DNA of 53,786 bases, filler included, from Catajapyx aquilonaris (Eukaryota), in NCBI GenBank assembly GCA_000934665.2. It is 2 parts of 2 records of this genome, joined end to end, with 100 filler letters (N's around TTAATTAATTAA, not from the genome) between each part and the next. Parts side by side here need not be neighbours in the genome. Positions count along the whole stretch, not along the records: positions 1 to 26,857 come from JYFJ02005146.1; 1 more part is not named here. The stretch is one strand, 5' to 3'. Shown here in pieces: positions 11,097 through 22,154 of the stretch. The translations under genes and the position numbers were made by a program. Numbering within the stretch: position 1 is the stretch's first letter; each line of letters opens with the position of its first letter. The notes under the pieces were generated by a model, which ran no database searches, was not told where the DNA came from, and saw only the letters and a list, made by a program, of their open reading frames with translations.

Positions 11097-12139
11097 CAAG
11101 GGGGGGATATGAAGTGGGCTCTGTCAGATTTGCATGAAACTTGCACAGTAGGTGTATCACAATTTCACTGGTATGGGCCATTTTCTGCTACGGCCAGCAG
11201 TTTTAGATCTATGAGGAACAATCGATCCGCATGGGTGCGTTGAGGAGAGTAAGGTAAGGGGACGGGAAGCGCACGAAAAGCTGGCTGTTCAGTTTCCAGG
11301 GGCACCCAGCTAGTAAACAACAGCGCAATTCTCCAGGGAGGGTTCGAATCGCATTAGAATCATCTTCAGTTGTTGTTCCCTTGGCAAGCTGCTTTGCAAG
11401 TGATGCCTGGTTTAACCCTGAACTACTTAGGTGGGGCCTGAGCAGCCGCAACAGTATATTTAAATCTCTTGCTTATCAGCTAAATTGTTACAGTGGACTT
11501 TTCACATGCAGAAAGTTCAGTTCAGATCATTAAGCTTCCGAAAACGTAAAAATCACACGCTGAGTCAGCATATTCCGACAAAAAAACTGGCATTGTTTAT
11601 GACTTATTAACAGTCACAGGTGGGCTGACTCTTGTCAGCCATTCGTCGCAGCACTGAGAGGCTCCAGGTGGGACCTATTCCTCCTTACAAATTTTTTTTC
11701 AGCCAAAGAATAGTAATTGTATACAGTCGCCCAAGGATGTATATTTACACCTCAATAATTCGTCATCCTGTGGGCGTATAGGGCATTGGCATTATGGGTA
11801 CAGGGTAAAGGTAATGCGGGACAGAAAAAAAGCAAACATAAAAAAATTGGCCCTGAAGATTATTCGAACCCCTCCTTAGAGAATTGCGCTGTTGGTTACC
11901 TTGTTGTTTACTAGCTGGGTGCCCCTGGAAACTGAACAGCCCGCTTTCCTAGCTCTTCCCGTTTACTTACGTTACTCTCTTGAACGCACCCATGGGGATC
12001 TATTGTCCCTCATAGATCGAAAACAGCTGGTCGTAGCAGAAAATGGCCCATACCAGTGAAATTGTAGGCCTGTGATACACCTACTGTGCAAGTTTGATGC
12101 AAATCTGACAGAGCCTACTTCATATCCCCCCCTTGTGAG
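11097..12139. mobile_element. Long-TIR non-autonomous element (CAAGGGGGG...CCCCTTGTGAG)
   Basis: 11097-11350 pairs with 11870-12135. Confidence 0.8.
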
Positions 12140-12322
12140 TGTGGTGCACAGGATGCAATCCTGGAATGAGAAGTGATCTGTGCATAAGCACGATATGATC
12201 TGTTGTAGGTTACACTTATTTCTGACACTGGAATGGCTGTACAGATCACTTCTGATTCCAGTATTGCATCCTGTGCGCCACGGCGATGCACACTCGGTTG
12301 CGCTCATATGTTGACCGATCTA

Positions 12323-12533
12323 CAGGGTGTTTCAAATTTTTTGTCCGAACAGTTATCGGAAATATTGCACTGAGCTGCTATATAGTAAGCAGTGTATGCC
12401 ACTTCAACCTAAGATTCGCAGGGAATATTCCCAATTACTCCGACAAACCAGTTGCAAGTCACTGCTTACAAAGTAGCAGCTTATAGTGCAATATTTCCGA
12501 TAACTCTTCGGACAAAAAAGTTGAAACACCCTG
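12323..12533. mobile_element. TA-flanked CAGGGTG MITE
   Basis: TA CAGGGTGTTTCAA...TTGAAACACCCTG TA, arms about 70 bp. Confidence 0.85.
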
Positions 12534-12954
12534 TACATCCTTAATGCCCAGCATATTACTGTAAATGTCCTGTCCCTTGCATGACATGTCAGTTCCATCA
12601 TACACCTGTTGAGGCCAATGCTAGGGGTCCAACATTAGAAGATTTTTGTATGATCCTCTCTGAATGCCAAACCCCTTAGCAGGCCAATGTCTTGACCTGT
12701 CACTTTGTCGACATCCATCCATTTTGTTGTATGAGAAATTAACTACCCTGACATCATAAGCATAACATTTTCACAAGCTCAACTTATTTTGCTACTGAAG
12801 TTATCTGTTCAAACCAAGGGTGGATTGCAGACCTCATGATAAATTTCCTTTCACAATGTAGGACCATATAAATCCAGTCATAACTTCAACAAAATTAAAT
12901 TAAGATGCAATCAAACCTGCCTATAACAAGCCCGAGATGCTGTGGAAACTTCAG

Positions 12955-13774
12955 GCTGTATTACGAATTCCCTTTTTACGTTATAAAGCGACTTCGTAGC
13001 GCCTGACTGCAAGCAACACGTGCAGCAGACCAATTATTAAAAGGCAACGAGCAGCACACAGCCGCGTTTTGCTCCCAAAAGTGCCAGCTACAGACTTCAA
13101 AATCTCTATAAGTCCGACTGCATGCTGTTGCGTTGAGCCAATCGAAAGTAGTCCCGTCCAGGGTCCCCTACATGGTTGCCTCCCCCACCCTAACCAGGGT
13201 ATTGTCTCCACGTAGTCCTTATGGGGCGTCCATATTGGAGCTAGATTGCATGCTGGAGGATAGGAAATTGGCAAGCGTCCAAATTTTTTTTTTCAAGGAC
13301 ATTTTTTCACTGCATGCAGATCCCATCTGATTTAGGTCCAGTATGTCGGAGAGACAATACCCTGTCTAGGTGGGGGAGGTACTCATGGAGGTTACCCTGG
13401 TCCCGTCCAGTCCCATGATCCACGCCCCCCCCACCGGTCTTGCTTCTTTTCCCCCCTATGTTTTTCCCAGTCCGCGCTAATGTCCCATCCGCCTTCGCCC
13501 TGTATGTGGTCCAGGACACTGCCCTCACCTGGCCAACCACCCCGGAGCCCACCCGGTGCCAGCCCGACGCCAGGTTGGCCTAGCGCACGTAGTACTCCTA
13601 CCCTCTGTCTCATACTTGCCCATACCTTCTCATACTTTGCTGCGAGAGGCAACCTTTTCGTAAATTGACACACGGCAGGAAGTGGCTTTTTGCTGCCCAC
13701 CCATATGCAGCAACGACTTGCAGTTTGCAGGATGAAGTCGCTTTATAACACAAAAAGGGAATTCGTAAAACAGC
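12955..13774. mobile_element. TIR element
   Basis: GCTGTATTACGAATTCCCTTTT...TTATAAAGCGACTTC pairs with GAAGTCGCTTTATAA...AAGGGAATTCGTAAAACAGC. Confidence 0.7.
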
Positions 13775-14113
13775 TTTACCCATTAGAGATCTTTGCTTGC
13801 TCCCAAAGGAAGATTTTCCATGCATTTTTGTTGCTTACAAGGGTACCTTGTTCAATATTTTTTGGACTCTCAGGTTTGTGACAAAGATCTGCTTACCATT
13901 TCAAATGCTTTGTTACATTCCATTTTCTTCAATTTTTTTCTTCAAATTTTTCATTTTATAAGGTCACTTGCAAAGGTCATTAAAGCGAAACATCATCAAA
14001 TGAACCCCCTAATACTAGGCTACCTGTACATAAAAATTTAGCAGAATACTGACTCCACTATAGGCAGGTCTGTGTATTATCTCTGCAATCCACCCAGAAA
14101 TGTATACTCTCAC

Positions 14114-14280
14114 CAATGCTGCTGCCATCACTGTTCTTCACTGCACTTAAGTATCGCCGTCGCTTCTTTTGCAGGACATGATGATACCACTTAAACTGAT
14201 CAATGTACAAGGACTGCAGTCGAATTAACTTGTTCCTTGTCACGACCACAAGTTCTTCTCGTGAGAGCACTCCAGCATAG
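14114..14280 (-). CDS. KANSL2: KANSL2-like, coding exon 5
   Basis: YAGVLSREELVVVTRNKLIRLQSLYIDQFKWYHHVLQKKRRRYL contains the KLIRLQSLYIDQFK motif I recognise from KANSL2; acceptor 14281-14282 (phase 2), donor G|GTGAGA (phase 1). Confidence 0.92.
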
Positions 14281-14388
14281 CTATTTAAAAAGAAAATTAA
14301 ACAAATCAGGACAGGGATAGTCATGTCATGTAAGAAGGGTGACATTTGGGTTCCAGTCTTAACCCAATAGGTTTCCCTCTCATAACTC

Positions 14389-15068
14389 GAGTCCGGATTT
14401 TTAGGTACGAAAAAACCTCAAATAGGCAAAAAGTTAACTTTTTTGGGCATATGGAGGATAATGTTACAGAAAATAAAAAAGCCATAATAATCTTATAGAC
14501 CTAAAGTATAAATATAAGGTCGCAAACCAGAGCAAAAATCGAATAACAACAATAAACTTACAGAAAATCACGAAACTTGGGCAAAAGACACAAAGTGCAT
14601 GCAAGTATCACTTGCTCTGGACTCGACCGCTTATGGCCAGTTTCCACTTGCACCAGACTTGCAGAATATGTTGCCAAATATTTTTCCAATCAGAGGAAAA
14701 TTTAGAAAAATATTTGGCATACGTGTCACGGAAACATGATTCGTATTACTGCTGAACGATTTTGGTCCTTTCAGGAGCACAAAAAATACTCCTCAAAAAA
14801 CCAAGCATGCCTCCGAAGGAATCGGCCCAAAAAGTCCCGAAATTACTGCAAAAAGATCATAAACTATCCCAAAAACGGCCAAATAGGCATGAAAAGTCGC
14901 AAAAAGGCAGAATATGCAAAATAGTTCCCAAAACCACGAAATAGGCCATTTTAGGCACTATAAAACTGACATTTTCCACATCCTACACTTATGAAACGGA
15001 TAGATATCTTCACAAAACCATCCCAACTGTTAAGGAACTAAATTGGCATTTACCTAAAAATCCAGACT
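14389..15068. mobile_element. TIR element (hAT-like MITE)
   Basis: GAGTCCGGATTTTTAGGTA and TACCTAAAAATCCAGACTC. Confidence 0.6.
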
Positions 15069-15739
15069 CATAACCTTTTGCTCTCTTTCCCTCACTGCAA
15101 TTACCACCTGAACCTAATGTTCTAATATAATCCAAACCTAAAAGAGAAACTGAATATAAATTAGTCGGCCTTGCGGTTCCCCTCTTCATGTCACTTGATC
15201 AAAGTGGAATTTTCAGTAGCACTGCTCATATACCACCTATATCAGTTACCATGGAATACCTCAGACTGTGGAAGGGGTCAAAATGGGCAATTCAAGGTCT
15301 AAATGAAAGGTTATACTCAATGTAACTTTAAAAGCTGCTAAAAGTAAGAGACCTAGAAATCACCTTATTAAAACTGAGGAGCTTCATGCAAAAACTAACC
15401 AACTGAAACAGACACTAAATTTGGAACATACTGCAAAATCAATGACACTTGACTTCCCTCTTTACTATCATCCTCACAATTTTAAAGATAACAGTGAACA
15501 ACCATCGACTTATCATTTACGTTTCAGTATCTGCAGATCATCAAGTCAAGTATCAGTAAGGGAGATTGGGGTCGGTTGTAACATCGCCAATAATAAATAC
15601 GTTTGGAAAGCCCTGAAGCTGAAACTCACACATTACGTGTGCCAGTATGACCTCTAAGGCCCGATTTCTCGAACAGTGGTTCAAGTCAGTTTGAACTCCG
15701 TTTGCGTCTACACGCTGGATTCAGTTTAAACTCCCCTTC

Positions 15740-16091
15740 GGGGGAGGTGTGGTGGCCGAGATGGTAACGTCTTGGCTTGCTGAGTGAAAGGCCCCAGGTT
15801 CGATCCCCGCCTGGGGAACCTCCTTTCACCTGCGTCGGGAGGGTCTCTGACCTGCACCAAGGAGGTGTCTGGCAACCTAACCTCCTGGGGGACTGCACAA
15901 GGCCCCTTTAAATTCCTTGCACTTGCACTTGTGTCCCCTCCCCAAAAATCCCGATCCTTACCCAATTTCCCTGATTCCCATGCACCGGAGTGAAGAAAAA
16001 TAAGAAAATAAAAATAAAATAAAGGTTAAATGCGATATACCCCAAATGGGGTGAAAGCAGTACCCACATTATTATATTATTATTATTATTA
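15740..16091 (+). mobile_element. Full-length tRNA-derived SINE, family A
   Basis: A box TGGCCGAGATGG, B box GGTTCGATCCC, (ATT)n tail, 14-bp TSD TTAAACTCCCCTTC at 15726-15739 and 16092-16105. Confidence 0.92.
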
Positions 16092-16479
16092 TTAAACTCC
16101 CCTTCTGATTGTGCGCATTTCTCGAGCGTAAACGAACCCTCGGTTACTATGCGAACGCCAAGCCCAGGTTAGAATTGCGCCATTGCCACATGTCGCGTCC
16201 TCCCCATTTCTCCGAACCCATCTGAACTGCTGCGCGAGTCTTTACCGGCCTGTAAACAAACTCTAGTCAGCAAGTCTAGAAGATGGAGAGAGGGACATCG
16301 CATTTGAACTGACATTTTTTGACTAGTTGCCGATGTTACGAGGCGAAATATTTTTTATGACACTTCTCGGAGGCCAAAAAAATCCCCCTGTGGACCCTGG
16401 ATAGTGCAAATCTTTGTCTTTCTAATGATATATTTGAAACACAGAAATCGCCATTTGTGTAATCATAATTAAGTTAATT

Positions 16480-16792
16480 GCACACACCTGTTATCTCAGC
16501 CGTTTATAATCCGAATTACTTCGCGAATGTACCGACGGAAAGCCAGAAATGCAAGTGATAAAATTACATCGTGCTACACTAAAAATTTAAAACGTATTTA
16601 AAAGTATCGCCGTCTATTCCCGCCAGAAAGCGGGCTGAGCACTTGTAGTATATTACACGTACTAAAACAATACTTTTAAAAATTTTAGTGTAATAAAGCA
16701 CAACGTAATTTTATCACGCACATTTCTGGCTTCCCATCGATACATTTGCGAGGTAATTCGGATGAGAAACGGCTGAGATAACGGAGGTGTGC
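16480..16792. mobile_element. Palindromic MITE
   Basis: GCACAC...GTTATCTCAGCCGTTT and AAACGGCTGAGATAAC...GTGTGC, arms over 100 bp. Confidence 0.7.
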
Positions 16793-17814
16793 CCTAAGCT
16801 GAGCAAAACTTAAGACTACTCCTTTTTTGTTTTTTGTTCTTCTATATGTAAAAAACCAAAATCAGGTGTGTTCCCAACATTTTTGTGAGTGGCAGTAATA
16901 CATGATTATGCGCGGGATAAAAGTGTTATTTAATTGCCCTTGGTATCAGGAGAAAGGTTCCTTTAGTGGGGTCACACTGACGGAATGGATGACCAAATCA
17001 TGTGCATAGTTAAAAAGTAGTAAGCATATCTACAAGACAACACACAATGGGGACAGTTGTAACAACTTCCTTGGGGTCGGTTGTAACATGGTGAAATCAC
17101 GAGAGAAAGGTCAAGTCTGTGTAGATGTCACAGCTACATATCTCACAGGATATTGAGTAGAAATAGTTATTATTTTGTGCAATAAAGCTCTTTTAGCTCT
17201 TTTAACCAGTTTGTAGAAAATTCACATGAATAAAAAATCAATTTTCTTGTAATACTTATATGCTGAATAAATTCCAGAGTATCGGGAGATAAAGAGTAAT
17301 TTAGGTGGATCAAGTCGTAGGCTATTATACGACAATTGTGGATAAGATGAGCGGGTGTAAACTGTTCCTCCATATTACATTTTCCCCTTTAAGACATAGT
17401 GTTACAACCGCCCCTGTGATGGAGTCGGTTGTAACACTCTGCCTTGCCTTGGAAAAATATTTATGAATATATCAATTTTTAATCTTAAGATTTTATTATG
17501 ATAATTTTACAGAGGAATGTTGCCTTATTTCCACCATGTTAAACCCCTTTGCCTAAATGCATATGTAAGTGAATTTAAAAATATACACTGAAAAGTGTTA
17601 CAACCGACCCCGATCTCCCTTACTATTTTTTACTGAAGTAAACAACCCTCTGGACACAAAGATCTACTATGCACCCATCCATGAACTCACTATTTAATTG
17701 AATCAGCTCTCTCAATACTGCACCACTTGCTCAGTTAGGCAAATTGTGACCCAACTAAGTAAGGCCCAAGTTAACTGAGAATAAAACACGATTGTATCCT
17801 ATAATCAAACTCAC

Positions 17815-17971
17815 CGAAGTGGATCTCGCTCAAGTTCAAGACTGTCATCCGAATCATCCTCCCCTTGCCACGTTTGTCCTACTGCTGCCACATCAACCTC
17901 GCTGTCTGAGTCACTTGCACAATCCAAAATCTTGTTGGCTTGGTTCTTAAGCTTGGGGGCGTTGATGTCAA
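17815..17971 (-). CDS. KANSL2: KANSL2-like, coding exon 4 (not in the ORF track)
   Basis: Acceptor CTTTTAG at 17972-17973 (phase 1), donor CG|GTGAGT (phase 2); DINAPKLKNQANKILDCASDSDSEVDVAAVGQTWQGEDDSDDSLELERDPL matches the acidic QTW...DS..S...DPL segment that precedes the KANSL2 core. Confidence 0.88.
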
Positions 17972-18614
17972 CTAAAAGTAAGTAAGTGTATGGTAATACT
18001 TCATGAAAAGCAGTAGAGTGATAGGTGATGAAGGGAATGTAGGAGGGGCACTTTTAAAAACAGCATGTTGCTAGTGCCCAGTAAAGGACAAAATCAGTTT
18101 AAAGGTAAGTGTCTCAGGCTACCCTACCAGCTTAACCCTGTGCCAGTGACGTGGATACATTTTGTCCACAGGGTCACATTTTAAATAATAACTCAAGAAG
18201 TTTTGGGAGTTTTTGCTTCTCCTTTTTGAACTTCTGTTGGTTATTGTCACAAATAATAGCATTTAGTTTGAAATTTTACAATTTCTATGATCAGGAAAAC
18301 CTAATAAGAAATTATGCGTGTAGTAGGGGACAAAATGTCCCCCTGTCACCGGTGCCCAACCAGATTTTTCCTGGAGAGAAAGGTCTTCAAAAATAGCACT
18401 CTCTCACATTTGCTATCAGAGTTGACAAAAGTCTGAGCTCTCTTTAGATTTGAACAATGAACGTGTTCCGTACATTAGTCACGTGGGTGGGTGCGTTCGC
18501 AACCTCCATGCCAGACGGCGTAGTGACAGGCTCTCAGAATCGAGTTCGCTACCTCATAAATCATGTTCTTAAAAAAGGGTTTTTATTAGAGAATTATTGT
18601 AGGTTCCAACTTAC

Positions 18615-18808
18615 CAAATGGATCAGCAGGTGCTGACTGAGAAGCTTGAGCTGAGGTGGAGGGCTCCACTTTTACTTCACTGAGTGGCTCACTTTTCACA
18701 TAGTAACTCAACTGTGCTACAAGGCTCTGGGGACACTCAGGCACTTTACGTGCCATGGCTGACCTCGTTCGCATTAAACATGTCCGGTTGGCATGAATAT
18801 CACAGTAG
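18615..18808 (-). CDS. KANSL2: KANSL2-like, coding exon 3
   Basis: Acceptor CTTTTCAG at 18809-18810 (phase 2) supplies YCDIH, completing the first zinc domain; donor G|GTAAGT (phase 1). Confidence 0.82.
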
Positions 18809-19087
18809 CTGAAAAGGGAGATGATAATTTGGCAAGGCACATGTACTTGCCCAACACCAATGAAGTTAACCTAGCACGAACATCACCTGCATGTCGATGT
18901 TACAAATACGAATTACTTGAAAATGAATCATGTTTTAATCACACAATTTATATGCTATTGAGCCAAATGGAAGAGCAATGTTGGGGTGAGATATAAATGC
19001 ATTTGTCAGTGGAACAAGAAGACTAGGACAGTATTTATGTAGCATGTTACGGCCAATGTATTTCACCGAGAGCGCTAAACGTCTCGC

Positions 19088-20830
19088 CTAGAAGCAGGCG
19101 ACCTCGCTATGGGTGGAAATGATGCCCTCCACACAACACGACATTGTGTTGAATGAGTTCTGGCACTCGGCTGGAGTGATGCCGTCCCTAACCTTCCATA
19201 GTTTGGTCCTCAGGGATGCCTTGGTGCAAGGGTGTTTCCTCCAAAGTACCTTCTTTATGATTTTCCAGTCTGTCTCAATCGCATTGAGGTCCAGGCTGCT
19301 TGATGGCCACATATAGAATGTCAATCCTCTTGTCTGCCAGCCACTTGCTTCCGCTGTTTTGTCATGATAGTCCTGTTGAAATATTACGTTGACATCAGGA
19401 TGCAAGGTCCCAATTGAGGGCACACACAGCGGATGGTCTCTCAAAATCTCCTGAAACATGGCTGCATCGATGGTGCCATTGATGCTGTGAAAGTTGCCAA
19501 GGCCAACACTACCCATGCATCCCCACACCATAATGCTGTGTGCATGTGACGGTTCTGGTGAGACATTGGGATGGTATGCCTCTTCCTTTGTTTGCAGTAC
19601 TTGATTATGGACGTTCTTGTACTGACTAATTCATCACGAAACATGACCAATTCCACGTCTGATGTGCCAAATGCTTCCATTCCTTCTCCCAAGCAAGTCT
19701 TTTCTGATGCAGTGCCCTCAAGAGTGGTTTCTTCTTGGTCTATTGTCAAAAGGGCAGGTCCTGATTTCATGAATTTCCTGTTAGTCTTTGAGAATTTATG
19801 CATAAAAGTTCATCTTCATGTCATGGGTGCAGAGTCGATAGGTTGATGTGAGGACCACATTTTGGGTCACCTCTGACCATTTTTTAATTGATGGTCGCTG
19901 CTCCGTTCGCCAATTTCGTGACACATATTTTTCTCAGCTCTCAGTTTTTCCTTGCTGCTGTTGCCTGGTGATGTCCATAAAAAGGTTTTCCTGGATGGTT
20001 CTTGTAAATTTGTTACTTCATGTGATGCCCCTTACCATGAAGCATGGCGCATGCCCTTCTTGTGCAACAAGATAACAAATGTCTCCAGACAGCCACCACG
20101 ACCTCGCCTGTGCGCCATGGAGGATGGAGCGGGAGGGCCGGGAAGCTCAGAAAGACATAGAAGAAAAGACAACGGAAAAAGGATGGGGGGGGGGGGGGNG
20201 GGGCGCGAACCTGCAGCCTTCTGATCTATAGCCCAGAGCGCTATCCATTAGACTACGGCAGCCATCGCTGGAAGTGCTTCTTCCGAAGGGGGTACTCATA
20301 CTGTGCAGAGGCCAGGTCGCCGGTAAATGACTAATGACGTGGAGTGGGCGGGCGTGTTGATATTTTCAGAGCTGGAATATTAATTTTCACCGCTTGATGT
20401 GATGTGGGCATGGGGCAGGGGTACGATGTACCTGGTGTCCAACAAGAATTGTCGCAAGCGGCAGCGCACGAACTACAGTCTCTCGTGTCCCTGGGCTCGT
20501 AGATTGTAGTTCGTGCGCTGCCGCTGCGACAATTCTTGTTGGACTGATAGTACTAACCCAACCTAACCAAACCTAACCGTCACTCGTTGCGGATACAGCC
20601 CTATCTTCAGCGTATACAGGCCTATCTTCACGTATACAGCCCTATCTTCACGTATACTGCCCTATCTCGTATACAGCTTCCCGTTCCTCCCGCACGATGG
20701 CGCGCAGGCGAGGTCGAGGTGGCTGTGTAGAGACATTTCTAACAAGATATGCAGACTTCCCTTCTTCAGCGTTCTTCCGCATCACCTTGCGTACCTCTGG
20801 AGGAATGGGCTTACCACCTCTCGTGATTGT
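19088..20830 (-). pseudogene. Tc1-family DDE transposase pseudogene
   Basis: VWGCM, IFQQD, WPSSSLDLNAIETDW motifs; N-terminal GKPIPPEVRK segment near 20800; stops, frameshifts and an insertion at 20075-20740. Confidence 0.85.
20075..20740. mobile_element. Mutator-like non-autonomous element
   Basis: 9-bp TSD AACAAGATA (20066-20074 and 20741-20749); ~70-bp TIRs AAATGTCTC...GGGAAGCT; CCTAAC repeats and a ~20-bp tandem repeat inside. Confidence 0.8.
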
Positions 20831-22154
20831 TCTTTTCAGACACAGAGTGCAATGAGTAATGGCATTGTGGAACAGGGCAAGATACCTGCACTTTTTTTCC
20901 GTCTGTCACAACCACATCAGTCTGTATTTAACAGTGGGCGAACTTTGTGCTGCATTTAGCACTCTGAGCGAACTCCATTGCCCCTGGTGCACTGCATAAA
21001 TACTGTCCTATTCTTCTTGTTCCCCTGACAAATGCACTGATATCTCGCCCCAAGATTGCTCTTCCATGTGGCTCATTAGCATATAAATTGTGCAATTAAA
21101 ACATGATTCATTATCAAGTAATTCGTATTTGTAACATCAACAAGTGATTTTCGTGCGAACTTCATTGGTGTTGGCCAAGTACAAGGGTTAATCAAATGAA
21201 AGTCGGCTAGTCCTAGGTGCTAGGCCTGTACACATAACAAAGAATTGAGTGTTGATCCATATATAAAATGCCAAATTGAAGGCCTTTTCGATAACAGCAA
21301 AGGAATGATGGTGGATTGAGTGTATTGTTGACATTAGCCACTGAAGTGAGACTTGACCTCCGATTGACACTTAGTCAGATATTAACGGGGTTATTCCAGA
21401 CCATGTAGGTCCTGAAACGCCCTCCGATTGACACTATACATAATGAGCAGGATTGAGATGGTAGTGCTGGACATTAATTCAGTCGCGCTGCTAGCGACAA
21501 TTTCCGGTGCGGCAAAAGTGCAAAGCGATTCACATGGTTCGCACTCCATCAATTTGATTTGCACTTCTGCCGTTTCGTAAAATGTCCTTAGCAGTATGAC
21601 GGAATTAATGTCCAGCACTGTACGCAACCTGAACCTCCTCCCAACAAGGAATGAAGCCACATTGTGCGCCTGCAGAGCAAGGAAAAAATGTGTCCTTCTG
21701 CCCATTTCAGCCTGAACGGGCCAGGCAATGACCTCTCAGGTCTGTGAGGCCGTGGTGATCCAATTAGTGAGTAGTTGTAGTGTTTTCCAAGTGCACATAG
21801 GACACTCTACATTCCATTTTGGTCTGGTCATCATTCTAAGCTCTAAGGACACATTGTTGGGGCTTGCAGGGCAAGACCAAAGGGAAAATTGTGTGCTGTG
21901 AAGGATGGGAAAGCGTGAATGAGAGGCTACAATACAGCACACAGGAAAAGGTGCAAAAAATAATGCTTGGAATTTGAGGACTCGGGGAAGTTTCCATTAT
22001 GAAGTGCCAAAATAATCCTGCTTCTACGTGTACTAAACAACTTGGAATTTATGTGCATCGTAAAAATTTACTGCTGACATTTTTAAAAACCGATAGTGTC
22101 ATTCTCCGCAGGTGAGATGCTAAAGCCTTGTCCACCTAAATAAGTAGCAAGTTT

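Larger units (their letters stand above)
15557..17622. mobile_element. Non-autonomous TIR element with repeated GGGGTCGGTTGTAACA motifs; hosts nested elements
   Basis: TAAGGGAGATTGGGGTCGGTTGTAACA and TGTTACAACCGACCCCGATCTCCCTTA; motif repeated near 17073, 17401 and 17424. Confidence 0.7.
18842..21183 (-). mobile_element. Degenerate Tc1-like transposon with ~200-bp TIRs
   Basis: 18842-19045 pairs with 20990-21183; encloses a transposase relic. Confidence 0.85.

Noticed and set aside
15740..15820. tRNA genes here and at 38151, 39976 and 20201
   Set aside because: Heads lack a closed acceptor stem and continue into SINE or MITE bodies with TSDs
18132..21191. piggyBac-like TTAACCCT...AGGGTTAA pair that would enclose a KANSL2 exon
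   Set aside because: The left end pairs better with 18326-18356, and the right motif looks like the start of a separate mariner-like remnant
21184..21760. Possible mariner remnant
   Set aside because: Only a TIR-like start and a vague STIHSIHH segment; too weak to annotate
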